64,000 nucleotides of DNA from Myxococcota bacterium (GTDB taxonomy: Bacteria; Myxococcota_A; Polyangia; Nannocystales; Nannocystaceae): positions 273,393 to 337,392 of the forward strand of contig JBCCHT010000004.1 of assembly GCA_039028615.1 (NCBI GenBank), read 5' to 3'. A model generated the notes under the pieces. The model ran no database searches, was not told where the DNA came from, and was given only the letters and a program-made list of their open reading frames with translations. Positions within the stretch are counted from its first letter, which is position 1. Each line of letters opens with the position of its first letter. Made by a program: the position numbers and the translations under genes. This document shows positions 1 through 9,851 of this stretch, piece by piece.

Positions 1-1
1 C

Positions 2-1624
2 GAGGCCGACGTCCAGTCCATCTTCGACCACTTCTCCGTCGAGGGCGCGGCCAAGGCCCCCTTCGGCAAGGCCCGCCTCGCCAAGAGCTGGGAAGAGCTG
101 GTCAACAACGGCCTCATCCGTCTCGAGGTCATCGACGAGAGCGGCGAGCTCGAGGGTCGACGCGCCGAGGCCCTCAGTCGGGTGGGTCAGGAGCTGGTGA
201 GCAACATGTTCACCCCCATGCCGCCCGTGCAGATGCCCCGGGTGCGTGAAGACGGCACGGCGCCTCCCTACGAGCTGAGCTTTCGCCTCGTCGACCGCCG
301 CGAAGAGCTGACCACCACTGCCCGCTGGAGCTTTCGCGAGCGCGCCGCGCGTCGCATCACGCATCACGCCGCGGCGAGCCTCATCGGCATCCTCGGCGAC
401 AGCCCCGTCGACGATCACATCTCCTATGTCGATCTGGGCACGCCGAGCCGCGAGATCGTGGTGAGGGCCGAGCCCGAGCTGGCCGAGCTGGCGATCGCCA
501 CCCTCGATGTCGAGCTGCGCCTCGAAGAGCCGGAGGCCCCGCCGAGCGAGGAACCAACCGATGAGCCCGAGGCCACGCCGGAGCCCGAGCCGGCCGAGGA
601 AGAGGCCGAGTTCGCGGTCATGCTCGACCCCGAGACGCTCGAAGCCACCCTGGCCCTGCAGCGCGATCCGGGACAGCCGCTGTGGTACCGCGTGCGGGCG
701 CGCTTCGACCCCGAGCGCACCCGCGCCGACGATCGCCAGACCGAGTGGACCCTCGCCCACGGCGGCCTCGTCGTCGTGTCACCGCGCCGCCTGTTCCCGC
801 AGCGCGAACTCACCGTGGTGGCCGGTCATCTCGAGCTCGACTGGCTCGATCACATCGAGGTCGTCGTCCAGCCGCCCGACCCCGAAGAGCCGCCGCGCTC
901 GGTGATGTTGTCGGGCGAGCAACGCACGGGTCGGGCCTCGTTCCCGGCCGCGGGCGAGCAGCCCCTGACCCTCACCACGCACTATCGCGGCCGCGAAGGC
1001 GAGCCCTCGCGCTCCGACGAGCCCTTCACCGTGCCCGCGAGCGAAGAACTGGCCGTCATCGATGGGCCCTTCGGCCCCTCACTCCGAGTGCTGGTGGCTC
1101 GGCTGCCGCGCCCGGGCCTGTTGTCGGCCGTCACCGAGTTCGAGCTGTCGCACGAAGACTGGACGCAGACGGCCTCGGTGAGCTTCGACGATCCCAGCCC
1201 CACCACGGCCACGCAGACCGTCGTCCTCCGTCGGCTACGCGACACCCCCGACGAGTATCGCCACCGCACCACGCTCATCTTCGACGATGGCCGCACCGAG
1301 GTCGGCACGTGGGCGAGCAGCGACAAACCGAGCCTGGTCATCGGTGCCGACGGGCCCTCCGCCGTCCATCGCACCCAGGTCCTCGTGCTCGGCGGTGGTC
1401 CCAACGCCCGCGGCAGCTTCCTCATCGAGCTGGTGCTGAGCGCAGGCAATGTCACCACCAGCGCCCTGATCGAAGGCGACGCCACCCAGGCCGAGCTCGT
1501 GCTGGTCGCCCCCGAGGGCTCCGCCGCAGTGCTCACGGTCCGCGAGATCACGAACACCGGCCACACCCACGAGCAACAGTTCTCCCCCCCGCCCGCGATG
1601 ACCGTTCTTCCCCCGAAACCGTAG
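2..1624 (+). CDS. Uncharacterised protein, 5'-truncated; paralog of 1640-4141, with C-terminal beta-rich/Ig-like repeats
   Basis: Frame is open from position 2 (EADVQSIFDHFSVEG...EELVNNGLIRLEVID) into the 480-aa ORF. Motif order matches the downstream ORF. Contains a Pro/Glu linker. Confidence 0.8.
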   Translation, partial: EADVQSIFDHFSVEGAAKAPFGKARLAKSWEELVNNGLIRLEVIDESGELEGRRAEALSRVGQELVSNMFTPMPPVQMPRVREDGTAPPYELSFRLVDRREELTTTARWSFRERAARRITHHAAASLIGILGDSPVDDHISYVDLGTPSREIVVRAEPELAELAIATLDVELRLEEPEAPPSEEPTDEPEATPEPEPAEEEAEFAVMLDPETLEATLALQRDPGQPLWYRVRARFDPERTRADDRQTEWTLAHGGLVVVSPRRLFPQRELTVVAGHLELDWLDHIEVVVQPPDPEEPPRSVMLSGEQRTGRASFPAAGEQPLTLTTHYRGREGEPSRSDEPFTVPASEELAVIDGPFGPSLRVLVARLPRPGLLSAVTEFELSHEDWTQTASVSFDDPSPTTATQTVVLRRLRDTPDEYRHRTTLIFDDGRTEVGTWASSDKPSLVIGADGPSAVHRTQVLVLGGGPNARGSFLIELVLSAGNVTTSALIEGDATQAELVLVAPEGSAAVLTVREITNTGHTHEQQFSPPPAMTVLPPKP

Positions 1625-1639
1625 CGAGTCCACCACGCC

Positions 1640-4141
1640 ATGATCTACGACGAGCCCGTCGACTACATCGGTGGTCTGGAGATCTTCCGAGACTTCTCCA
1701 ACCCCAACACGTTTTACTTCCTGCCGCCCACCGGTCCCCGTGTCGCCCGCGTTGCCGGCGGAGGCGAAGATGGTGACTACGCGCTGCGGCTGGTGCTCTT
1801 TCGCCCCGATCCCAACGCTACGCCGCCGCAGGGCATGGAAGACGGCGGCGGCTTCCTCAACCTCGACGTCGATCTGAACGTGACCGAGGCCCAGCTCAAC
1901 AGCATCGAGGAAGAGCTGCGCAGCAAATTCGGAGACGAGGCCAACCTCGTGCCCGTGCCCTTCACCGAAGGCAGCGTCGAGCTCGTGCTGCTCGGCGTCG
2001 GCCGAGGCGACGAGGGCCAGCCCTTCGTGCGCAAGGTCGCCGGCTCGGCCGTGCCCTCGCTGTACGGCTCGCAGCGCGCGGCCTTCAGCGTGGTCCTCGA
2101 TCGCCATGGCGCCGCGCTGATGCGCCAGGTCATCGCCGAGGGCGGCCTGACCATGGCCCTGGCCATCTATCACCTCAAGTACGCGGCCATCGGTCCCGCC
2201 TACAACCTCGAGATCACCATCGACTACTCGAAGTCTCGCGAGCTGATGGACCTGCGGCTCAACGCGGGCGTCGGCGTGGCCAGCGGCAACACCAAGTTCG
2301 TGGGCAAGGCCGGCTTCCACATGCTCATGGAGGAGCTCCAGGAAAACCGCGCCATCGTGGTCCGGGAGCTCGACCCCATTCCGGGTGAAGGCGGGCGCGA
2401 CGAGACCAACCAGGAGCAGATCAACGAGATCATCGGCAATCTCATGGGCTCCACCTGGTTCCGCCCCTCGCTGAGCCAGATGTCGCAGCTGACCCAGGTG
2501 CAGCCGTCGGGCAGCAACACGACGACCACCACCAACGCCACGACGGCGCCGACCACCGCTCCCACCACCGCTCCCACCACGCGACCGAGCCCGAGCCCTT
2601 CGCCGAGCCCGAGTCCCAGCCCCTCGCCCAGCCCCAGCCCGAGTCCCAGCCCCTCGCCGAGCCCCAGCCCGAGTCCCAGTCCCTCGGCCAGCCCGACGCC
2701 GAGCACCGCGCCCGGCACCTCGGCGCCCAACTCGGGCGGCTCCGGGGGCGCGACCGTCGAGGCGAGCTTCGAGATCAACTTCGAGATGATCGAGCGGACC
2801 GAGCAGACCACGGCGAGCTACAACCTCAGCCGCCGCGAGGCCCGAATCCACGAGATCCATCCGCAGGGGCAGCTGTCCTTCGACGTCGACAATCCCGAGG
2901 ACTACATCATCGAGGCCGACGGGGCGATCGACTTCTTCCAGAACCTGCAGCTGCGGGCCACCACCACCGCGGTCTGGGACCTCGACGGCATCGACTCCAT
3001 CCAGATCCAGATCCGCTACGGCACCGATGGCCAGGGCGGCTTCCGACGTCGCGGCGAGATGATGCTGACCCCGACCCAGACCTCCGACACCTGGAAGGTC
3101 AACGTCCTCCACGAGGACGACGACCGCAGCAACCCCGTCGCGTACTGGTACGACTACAAGGTCACCATCCACTACCGACAGGGCGTGGCCCTGGGCAACC
3201 AACGCGGGGCCATGGACAGCGTGGGGGCCGAGGGCGCCGACGCCGAGGGCTGGATCCGCAGCCACTCGCGCAACCTGGTCATCCACCCGCGCGACGTCAC
3301 CCCCGGCCTGACCGTCAACGTGATGACCGGCATCGTGAAGTACGAGCTGCTGGCCCATGCCAACCTCGTGCTCAGCTACGGGCCCTACCGGCAGAACCTC
3401 AAGCTCTCTGCCGAGCAACCCGAGCACCGCCTGGTCATCCGTCCCGAGCGCGACCTCGCCGACGAGCCCATCCGCACCGAGGGCATGCTCTTTTACAAGG
3501 ACGGGGCCCAGGTCCCGCTGCCCGCGGGCGAGTGGTCGCCGCAAGAGCTGGTAGTCGTCAACGAGGCCCGCGAGAACATGCTGCGGGTGCGGGTGATCAT
3601 GGCCGACCCGGGCGACGAGTACAGCAAGATCGCCGTCCGCCTGCGCTACCAGCACGGCAACCGCAACGTCGAACAGACCTACGAGCTGACCGACCACGCG
3701 CAGCTCGAGGAGTGGACGGTGCGGCTCGAAGACCCCGAGGCCCGCGCGTGGCAGTACCAGGCCACCATGGTGAAATCCGCGGGCGCCATCGAGACCACCG
3801 ACTGGATCGACGGCGAGGACGACCAGCTCATCTTGGGCATCGAGGTGGTCGACGTCATCCCCGTGCAGATCAACTGGCTCGTGCCGCTGCCCATGGGCGA
3901 CCTGATGGCGGTGAAGATCGACCTGGCCTACGACGACGACCGCGAGGACGTGCACTGGGCTCACTCCGAGGTCATCAACCAGGGGCACGCGGGTGCGTTC
4001 CGCTGGCCCATCGCGATCAAGAACCGCGAGAACCGAAGCTATCGCTATCGGGTCACCGAGTTCCGCACCACGGGCACGGTGACCGAAGGCGAGTGGCGCA
4101 CCACCGACACCCGCGCGCTCGTGCTGATGCCGGGCATGTAG
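1640..4141 (+). CDS. Uncharacterised 833-aa protein: N-terminal domain, T/PS linker, about 4 beta-sandwich-like repeats
   Basis: ATG 15 bp after the upstream stop; strong GC3 bias; recurrent W...Y-x-Y...G...W motif; no signal peptide seen. Confidence 0.85.
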   Translation: MIYDEPVDYIGGLEIFRDFSNPNTFYFLPPTGPRVARVAGGGEDGDYALRLVLFRPDPNATPPQGMEDGGGFLNLDVDLNVTEAQLNSIEEELRSKFGDEANLVPVPFTEGSVELVLLGVGRGDEGQPFVRKVAGSAVPSLYGSQRAAFSVVLDRHGAALMRQVIAEGGLTMALAIYHLKYAAIGPAYNLEITIDYSKSRELMDLRLNAGVGVASGNTKFVGKAGFHMLMEELQENRAIVVRELDPIPGEGGRDETNQEQINEIIGNLMGSTWFRPSLSQMSQLTQVQPSGSNTTTTTNATTAPTTAPTTAPTTRPSPSPSPSPSPSPSPSPSPSPSPSPSPSPSPSPSASPTPSTAPGTSAPNSGGSGGATVEASFEINFEMIERTEQTTASYNLSRREARIHEIHPQGQLSFDVDNPEDYIIEADGAIDFFQNLQLRATTTAVWDLDGIDSIQIQIRYGTDGQGGFRRRGEMMLTPTQTSDTWKVNVLHEDDDRSNPVAYWYDYKVTIHYRQGVALGNQRGAMDSVGAEGADAEGWIRSHSRNLVIHPRDVTPGLTVNVMTGIVKYELLAHANLVLSYGPYRQNLKLSAEQPEHRLVIRPERDLADEPIRTEGMLFYKDGAQVPLPAGEWSPQELVVVNEARENMLRVRVIMADPGDEYSKIAVRLRYQHGNRNVEQTYELTDHAQLEEWTVRLEDPEARAWQYQATMVKSAGAIETTDWIDGEDDQLILGIEVVDVIPVQINWLVPLPMGDLMAVKIDLAYDDDREDVHWAHSEVINQGHAGAFRWPIAIKNRENRSYRYRVTEFRTTGTVTEGEWRTTDTRALVLMPGM
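2518..2705 (+). repeat. Low-complexity coding repeat: Thr-rich then (PS)n linker
   Basis: ccgagc/cccagc hexamer run encoding PSPSPS..., preceded by TTAP repeats. Confidence 0.9.
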
Positions 4142-4184
4142 CTCCCACCTGCGAGTGCTCCCCGCGCGTGGGACCCCAGCGGGC

Positions 4185-4805
4185 TCACGCGTAGGGGACG
4201 ACGGCGACCGCCGCGTCGGCCAGCTGCTCCAGCTGCGACCGCTCGGCACCCGCCCGGGCGCGCACCGACAGGCTGTGGGTCACGCCCGCCAAGACCGAGG
4301 CGAGCGCTTCGACGTCGGCGTCGGGATCGAGCTCGCCGTGCTCTCGGCCGCGCTGCAGCACCTGCGCGAAGCGGGCGTCGATCCCATCGAGCAGCCGACC
4401 GAGCTCTTCCCGAATCCGCTCGCTGCCCGACGCCTCGGTGGCCGCGGTGCTCATGATGAGACACCCCCGCGCGATGTCCTCGTGATCGACATAGAGCTCG
4501 ATCAGCACCTCGAAGATGCCGCGGAGGCTCTCGTCGAGCGAGGCCGCCTCTTCGAGGACGGGCGAGATCGAGGCATCGATGCGACCGAAGAAGTTGCGCA
4601 GCCCGGCCAGGTACATCTGTTCTTTGTCGCCGAAGGTGGCGTAGAGGCTGGGACGAGCGACCCCCGTGGCCGCCGATAGGGCGTCGAGGGACGTCCCCGA
4701 CAATCCGCGCTGCCAGAACAGATCGGTGATGGCATCGAGGACCTCCGACTCGTCGAACTTGCGGGGTCGACCCCGGGATCGGGTGCTCTTGCTGCGCTTC
4801 GCCAT
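4185..4805 (-). CDS. TetR/AcrR family regulator
   Basis: GRPRKFD...LFWQRGLSGTSLDAL...GVARPSLYATFGDKEQ helix-turn-helix. Confidence 0.93.
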   Translation of the reverse strand: MAKRSKSTRSRGRPRKFDESEVLDAITDLFWQRGLSGTSLDALSAATGVARPSLYATFGDKEQMYLAGLRNFFGRIDASISPVLEEAASLDESLRGIFEVLIELYVDHEDIARGCLIMSTAATEASGSERIREELGRLLDGIDARFAQVLQRGREHGELDPDADVEALASVLAGVTHSLSVRARAGAERSQLEQLADAAVAVVPYA

Positions 4806-4829
4806 GCCGCGTGCGGGACTCTCGAGACA

Positions 4830-4851
4830 TTATATGCCAATCGGTACAAAA
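4830..4851. promoter_or_regulatory. Imperfect palindrome, candidate TetR operator
   Basis: AT-rich TTATATGCCAATCGGTACAAAA about 25 bp upstream of the TetR start. Confidence 0.5.
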
Positions 4852-5175
4852 TCTAACGCGTCGGGCCGCTCGAGCGCGTGGCCGCGATGCATCGCGGCTG
4901 CATCCTCGGTGCCTGTTCGTCAAGCGCAGCGATGCGGAGCCGTCGCGAGCTCGGCGAACGATCGTCGGTGCAAACCCGCGTCGATCGCCGGGACTCTCGC
5001 TCCGTCTGCCGCGGAAGTCGCGCTGAGCCGGTCCGCGGCGGGAGCCCGTTCGTCCGCCGTGCTCGCTCAAATCGCCGCCCCCCTGCCGCTACCCACCGCC
5101 CTGCCCTCGCCCGCGACCGGGCCTGCTCGTACCGCGGTGGTGGCCCCGGTTCGCCCCTGCTAGCCTCGCGACGAA

Positions 5176-6306
5176 ATGGCGGGCAATGCCTTTGGCGAGC
5201 GCTTTCGGGTGACGACCTTCGGTGAGTCCCACGGCGGAGTCGTGGGCGTGGTGGTGGACGGCTGCCCCGCCGGGCACCCCTTCCCGCTCGAGCGCATCGG
5301 GGCCCAGCTGGCGCGACGGCGCCCCGGGCAGGGAAAACTCAGCTCGGCGCGCAAAGAGCCGGACGAGATCGAGGTGGGCAGCGGGGTCGACCCCGACTCG
5401 GGCCGCACGCTTGGCACGCCGATCTCCATGTGGGTTCGCAATCGCGACGCCAAGTCCCACCACTACGGCGAGCTCCGCGACCTGTATCGCCCCTCGCATG
5501 CCGACTACACCTACGACGCCCGCTACGGCCTGCGCTTCGTGGCCGGCGGCGGGCGAGCGTCGGCACGCGAGACGGTCGGGCGCGTGGCCGCGGGGGCCCT
5601 CGCCGAGGATCTGCTCGAAGCGGCGCTCGGCATCTCCATCGTGGCCTGGGTCGACCAGGTGACGGACGTCTCGTGCCCGACCATCGATCCGGCCACGGTC
5701 ACGCGTGAGCAGGTCGATGCGGCGGAAGTGCGCTGCCCCGATCCCGAGGCCGCCGCCCGCATGACCGAGGTCATCGACGCCGCCCGCTCCGACCGCGACA
5801 CCGTGGGCGGCGTGCTGCGCTGTGTCGCCCGGGGCGTCCCGCCCGGACTCGGCGAGCCGGTCTTCGACAAGCTCAGCGCGGCCCTGGCCGGGGCGATGAT
5901 GAGCCTGCCCGCGACCCGTGGGTTCGAGCTGGGCGAAGGCTTCGCCGCCACGCGCATGCGAGGCTCGGAGCACAACGACGCGTTCGTGCCCGACCCCGAG
6001 CGCGCGGCGAGTACCGACGGCATCCGCACCCGCACCAACCGCAGCGGCGGCATCCAGGGCGGGCTGAGCAACGGCGAGCTGATTCGTTTCGCCGTCGCGT
6101 TCAAGCCGGTCGCCACGATCTTCAAGCCGCAGGACACCGTCGATCGCGAGGGCAAGGCCGCGACCTACACCGCCCGCGGCCGCCACGACCCCTGCGTGCT
6201 GCCCCGCGCGGTGCCGATGGTCGAAGCGATGACCGCGCTGGTGCTCTGCGATCACCTCATGCGTCGCCTCGGCGCACGGGTCGAGGATCTGAAGCAATGT
6301 CGCTGA
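5176..6306 (+). CDS. aroC: Chorismate synthase
   Basis: TTFGESHG, RPSHAD, GGGRASARET, GGIQGGLSNG and RGRHDPC motifs. Confidence 0.98.
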   Translation: MAGNAFGERFRVTTFGESHGGVVGVVVDGCPAGHPFPLERIGAQLARRRPGQGKLSSARKEPDEIEVGSGVDPDSGRTLGTPISMWVRNRDAKSHHYGELRDLYRPSHADYTYDARYGLRFVAGGGRASARETVGRVAAGALAEDLLEAALGISIVAWVDQVTDVSCPTIDPATVTREQVDAAEVRCPDPEAAARMTEVIDAARSDRDTVGGVLRCVARGVPPGLGEPVFDKLSAALAGAMMSLPATRGFELGEGFAATRMRGSEHNDAFVPDPERAASTDGIRTRTNRSGGIQGGLSNGELIRFAVAFKPVATIFKPQDTVDREGKAATYTARGRHDPCVLPRAVPMVEAMTALVLCDHLMRRLGARVEDLKQCR

Positions 6307-6887
6307 AGGTCGTCTCCAGCTCGCCGGGCCCCGAAGGCGGCGGCGGAGGCCCACGCATCCTCGCCCCGGGGGCTCCGCCCTCGTCGGGCCCGATCCCCAA
6401 CGAGCTGGCCCGGCACCTGGTGCACGGCGAGGCGCTCGTATGGTGGGGCGACAAGGACTCCATCCGCTTCGGACCGGTCCTGATGATCCTCGGCGTGGCC
6501 CTGGCCGTGCTGGCCGTCGTCACCCTGCTCGCCCCCGAGTTCTGGCAGCAACCGCCCAAGGAGCTGGCCAAGCCCATCGGCGTGCTGCTCTCCCCCGCGG
6601 CGTTCGTGCTCGTTCGCGAGCGCATCAACCGACGTGCCGTGCTGGTCACCGACGCCAGCATCACCAGCATCGACATGCGAGGCCGCGTGCAGCGACTGCC
6701 GCTGGGGGGCATCGCCAAGGTCCGCCGCGATCCGCTGCGCGGCGGGATGGTGCTCGAGGGTCGCCAGGGCCAGGTCCGCCTGCCCCCTTCGCTGCTCGAC
6801 GACACCCGCCAGGCCATCGCCAGTCAGCGTCGTCACAGCGTGCGAGGCTCGGCCTCGGTCGACGACCCCCAGGGGTGGCTGCCATGA
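6297..6887 (+). CDS. Hypothetical membrane protein (2 TM plus possible bPH-like domain)
   Basis: Overlaps aroC by 10 bp and proB by ATGA; two hydrophobic segments. Confidence 0.75.
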   Translation: MSLKVVSSSPGPEGGGGGPRILAPGAPPSSGPIPNELARHLVHGEALVWWGDKDSIRFGPVLMILGVALAVLAVVTLLAPEFWQQPPKELAKPIGVLLSPAAFVLVRERINRRAVLVTDASITSIDMRGRVQRLPLGGIAKVRRDPLRGGMVLEGRQGQVRLPPSLLDDTRQAIASQRRHSVRGSASVDDPQGWLP

Positions 6888-8056
6888 ACCAGCCCCAACG
6901 CCGCGACCTCGCCGATGCGCGGCGTATCGTGGTGAAGCTGGGGACGGCCGTGGTCACTCACGACGGTTTCGAACTCGCGCTCGGCCGCCTGCATAGCGTG
7001 GTCGAGGAGCTCGGCCGGCTGCACCGCGACGGCCGCGAGCTGATGCTGGTCTCGAGCGGCGCGGTGGGCATGGGCACCCGCGCGCTGGGTCTGTCCGAGC
7101 GCCCTACTTCGCTGGGCCTGCGCCAGGCCTGCGCCGCGGTGGGGCAAGGGCACCTCATGACGCTGTACACCCAGGCCTTGGCGCAGCTGGGCCTGGTGGC
7201 GGGGCAGGTGCTGCTGACCCAGAGCGACTTTGCCGATCGCGATCGCGCGCTGTGCCTGCGCACCACCCTGCTGCGACTGCTCGAGCTGCGCACGCTGCCC
7301 ATCCTCAACGAAAACGACAGCGTCAGCGTCCGCGAGCTGGTCGAGCATCGCCAAGCCGAGCAGGAGGCCACCGCCGCCCCTGCCTTTGGCGACAACGACG
7401 GACTCTCCGCCCGGCTGGCGGTCGCGCTCGATGCCGACCTCCTGGTCCTGATGACCAACGTCGACGGGCTGTTCACCGCCAACCCGGCGCTCGATCGCGA
7501 CGCGAAGCGGATCCCGGAGCGAGTGGGCGTGGATGCCGAGCTCGATGCACTGGCCAGCGGCCGCTCTACCGGGGGCACGGGCGGCATGGCGTCCAAGCTC
7601 GAGGCGGCTCGACTCGCGACCGAGTCCGGCTGCTCGGTGCTCATCATCGACGGCACGAACCCGGGGGCGCTTTCGCGGGCGCTCTCGGGAGAAGACCTCG
7701 GCACCGTGCTGTGGCCTCGCAGTCCACACCGCGCCCGTCGCCAGCACATCGCCATGGGGCGCGAGCGACAGGGGGCGTTGGTGGTCAACGACGGCGCGAT
7801 CGCGGCCCTGCGCGGGCGCAAGGCCTCGCTGCTGCCCATCGGCGTGATTCGCGTGGAAGGCGAATTCTCCCGGGGTGACGTGGTGGAAGTGCGCGACGCC
7901 AGCGGGCGCGTCCACGGGCGCGGGATCGTCAACTATCACGCCGATGCCTGCCGGGCGCTCGTCGGGCGTCACAGCTCGGAGATCGACCGCATCCTGGGCT
8001 GGCGGGGCTACGATGCAGTGGTCACCCGCGACAACCTCGTGCTCTCGGAGGTCTGA
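6884..8056 (+). CDS. proB: Glutamate 5-kinase with PUA domain
   Basis: VVKLGT, VSSGAV, AAVGQ, NENDSV, FGDND, TGGMASK motifs; C-terminal PUA (SLLPIGV). Start taken at ATG 6884. Confidence 0.97.
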   Translation: MNQPQRRDLADARRIVVKLGTAVVTHDGFELALGRLHSVVEELGRLHRDGRELMLVSSGAVGMGTRALGLSERPTSLGLRQACAAVGQGHLMTLYTQALAQLGLVAGQVLLTQSDFADRDRALCLRTTLLRLLELRTLPILNENDSVSVRELVEHRQAEQEATAAPAFGDNDGLSARLAVALDADLLVLMTNVDGLFTANPALDRDAKRIPERVGVDAELDALASGRSTGGTGGMASKLEAARLATESGCSVLIIDGTNPGALSRALSGEDLGTVLWPRSPHRARRQHIAMGRERQGALVVNDGAIAALRGRKASLLPIGVIRVEGEFSRGDVVEVRDASGRVHGRGIVNYHADACRALVGRHSSEIDRILGWRGYDAVVTRDNLVLSEV

Positions 8057-8082
8057 GCACGCGCGACCAAGGAGCTTCGCCG

Positions 8083-9402
8083 ATGACAACCTCTCCCGAT
8101 CACGTCCGACAGCTCGCTCGTAAGGCCCGCCAGGCGGGGTCGCACCTCGCCCGCGCCAGCGGCCCCGACCGCCGCTCCATCCTGCTCGCCATGGCCGACG
8201 AGCTGGCCCGCTCCGATGCCCGCGCCGGGATCCTGGCCGCCAACGCCGAGGACCTCGAGGACGCCAACGCCATGCGCGAGCGCGGCGAGCTGGCCCAGGC
8301 CCTGGTCGACCGACTCGTGCTCACGGACAAGAAGCTCGACGGGCTCTGCGACGGCCTCGGTCAGCTCGCGGACCAAGTCGACTTGATCGGCCGCACCGAC
8401 CTCGAGCGCGAGCTCGACGATGGCCTCGTGCTACGCCGCGTCAGCTGCCCGCTCGGCGTGCTGGGCGTGGTGTTCGAGGCCCGCCCCGACGCGGTGCCGC
8501 AGATCGCCGGGCTCGCCCTGCGCACGGGCAACGCGGTGATCCTCAAGGGCGGTCGGGAAGCGCGTCGCAGCAACGCCGCCCTCGTTCGCCACCTGCAGGG
8601 CATCCTGCACGCCCAGGGCTTCGACCCCCACGCCGTCGCCCTACTCGAGGGCCGCTCCGAGGTCGATGCGCTGCTGGGCCTCGAGCGCGACGTCGACCTG
8701 ATCATCGCGCGGGGCTCGACGTCCTTCGTTCGCTACGTGCAGAACAACACCTCGATCCCCGTGCTCGGTCACGCCGAGGGTCTGTGCCACCTGTACCTGC
8801 ACCACTCCGCGTCCCCGCCGATGGCGGCCCGGATCGCGGTGGACGCCAAGACGGGCTACCCCGCGGCCTGCAACGCCATCGAGACCATGCTGTGGGAGCC
8901 CGGGGCCGAGCCGGCCCTGTTCGCCGCGGTGGAGGCGTTACAGCGGCAGCAGGTCGAGCTGCGAGGCTGCGAGCACACCCGCGGCAAGTACCCCGAGATG
9001 GTCGCCGCCACGGACGAGGACTGGTCCACCGAGTACGGCGACCGCGTGCTGTCCATTCGCCGCGTCGACCACCTCGACGCGGCCATCGACCACATCGAGC
9101 GCTACGGGTCGCGCCACACCGAGACGATCATCAGCGAGGACGACATGGCCGCGGCCACCTTCCTCGCCGCGGTCGACTCGGCCGGGGTGTTCCACAACGC
9201 CAGCTCGCGCTTCGCCGACGGCTATCGCTACGGGCTCGGGGCCGAGGTCGGCATCAGCACGGGCAAGCTGCACGCGCGCGGCCCGGTGGGCGTGGAAGGC
9301 CTGGTCACCTATCGCTGGCTGCTCCGCGGTCAGGGCCAGGTCGCAGGCGACTACGGGCCGGGCAAGCGGGCCTTCAAGCACCGCACGCGCTCGAGCTCCT
9401 GA
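8083..9402 (+). CDS. proA: Gamma-glutamyl phosphate reductase
   Basis: PLGVLGVVFEARP, LKGGREA, ACNAIET, GAEVGISTGKLHARGPVG motifs. Confidence 0.97.
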   Translation: MTTSPDHVRQLARKARQAGSHLARASGPDRRSILLAMADELARSDARAGILAANAEDLEDANAMRERGELAQALVDRLVLTDKKLDGLCDGLGQLADQVDLIGRTDLERELDDGLVLRRVSCPLGVLGVVFEARPDAVPQIAGLALRTGNAVILKGGREARRSNAALVRHLQGILHAQGFDPHAVALLEGRSEVDALLGLERDVDLIIARGSTSFVRYVQNNTSIPVLGHAEGLCHLYLHHSASPPMAARIAVDAKTGYPAACNAIETMLWEPGAEPALFAAVEALQRQQVELRGCEHTRGKYPEMVAATDEDWSTEYGDRVLSIRRVDHLDAAIDHIERYGSRHTETIISEDDMAAATFLAAVDSAGVFHNASSRFADGYRYGLGAEVGISTGKLHARGPVGVEGLVTYRWLLRGQGQVAGDYGPGKRAFKHRTRSSS

Positions 9403-9482
9403 TGCGACGAGACCGACGGGGCATCCTGCCGCCGTCGGTCTCGGTACGCCCGATGCCGTGCATCGGACAAGTCTACGCTTCG

Positions 9483-9851
9483 CTAAGGTCCGACGACTTC
9501 CGAGATCCTCAGGTGTGAACCAGAGCGATTCGGATTGCTGCGGTCGGAGTAGGCCTGCAGCTGTCGTTGCGCCGCGTTGAACGAGTCGCGCAGCGCGACC
9601 CCGAGGTCGCTGTGCTCGGGTTTCGGCTTCTCGTGACTCACGACGATCTCGTCGCCGGGCACGCTGAGCTCGATGCGTACGTGGTAGGGATTGCCCTTTT
9701 GGTGGTGATTATGATTGGCCTCGACCACTACTCGGCAGCCGGTAATCCGATCGTAGAGGCGATCGAGCTTGGCAGCCTTCGATCGAATGCGTTCTTCGAT
9801 CGCTTCCGTTCGCACGACGTTGCGAAACGTGATCTCCAATGGGAGCTTCAT
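9483..9851 (-). CDS. HPF/RaiA ribosome-associated protein
   Basis: MKLPLEITFRN...IEERIRSKAAKL...CRVVVE...AQRQL. Confidence 0.9.
   Translation of the reverse strand: MKLPLEITFRNVVRTEAIEERIRSKAAKLDRLYDRITGCRVVVEANHNHHQKGNPYHVRIELSVPGDEIVVSHEKPKPEHSDLGVALRDSFNAAQRQLQAYSDRSNPNRSGSHLRISEVVGP

Noticed and set aside
1235..4249. 1004-aa minus-strand ORF
   Set aside because: Antisense shadow of the GC3-biased plus-strand genes; no motifs.
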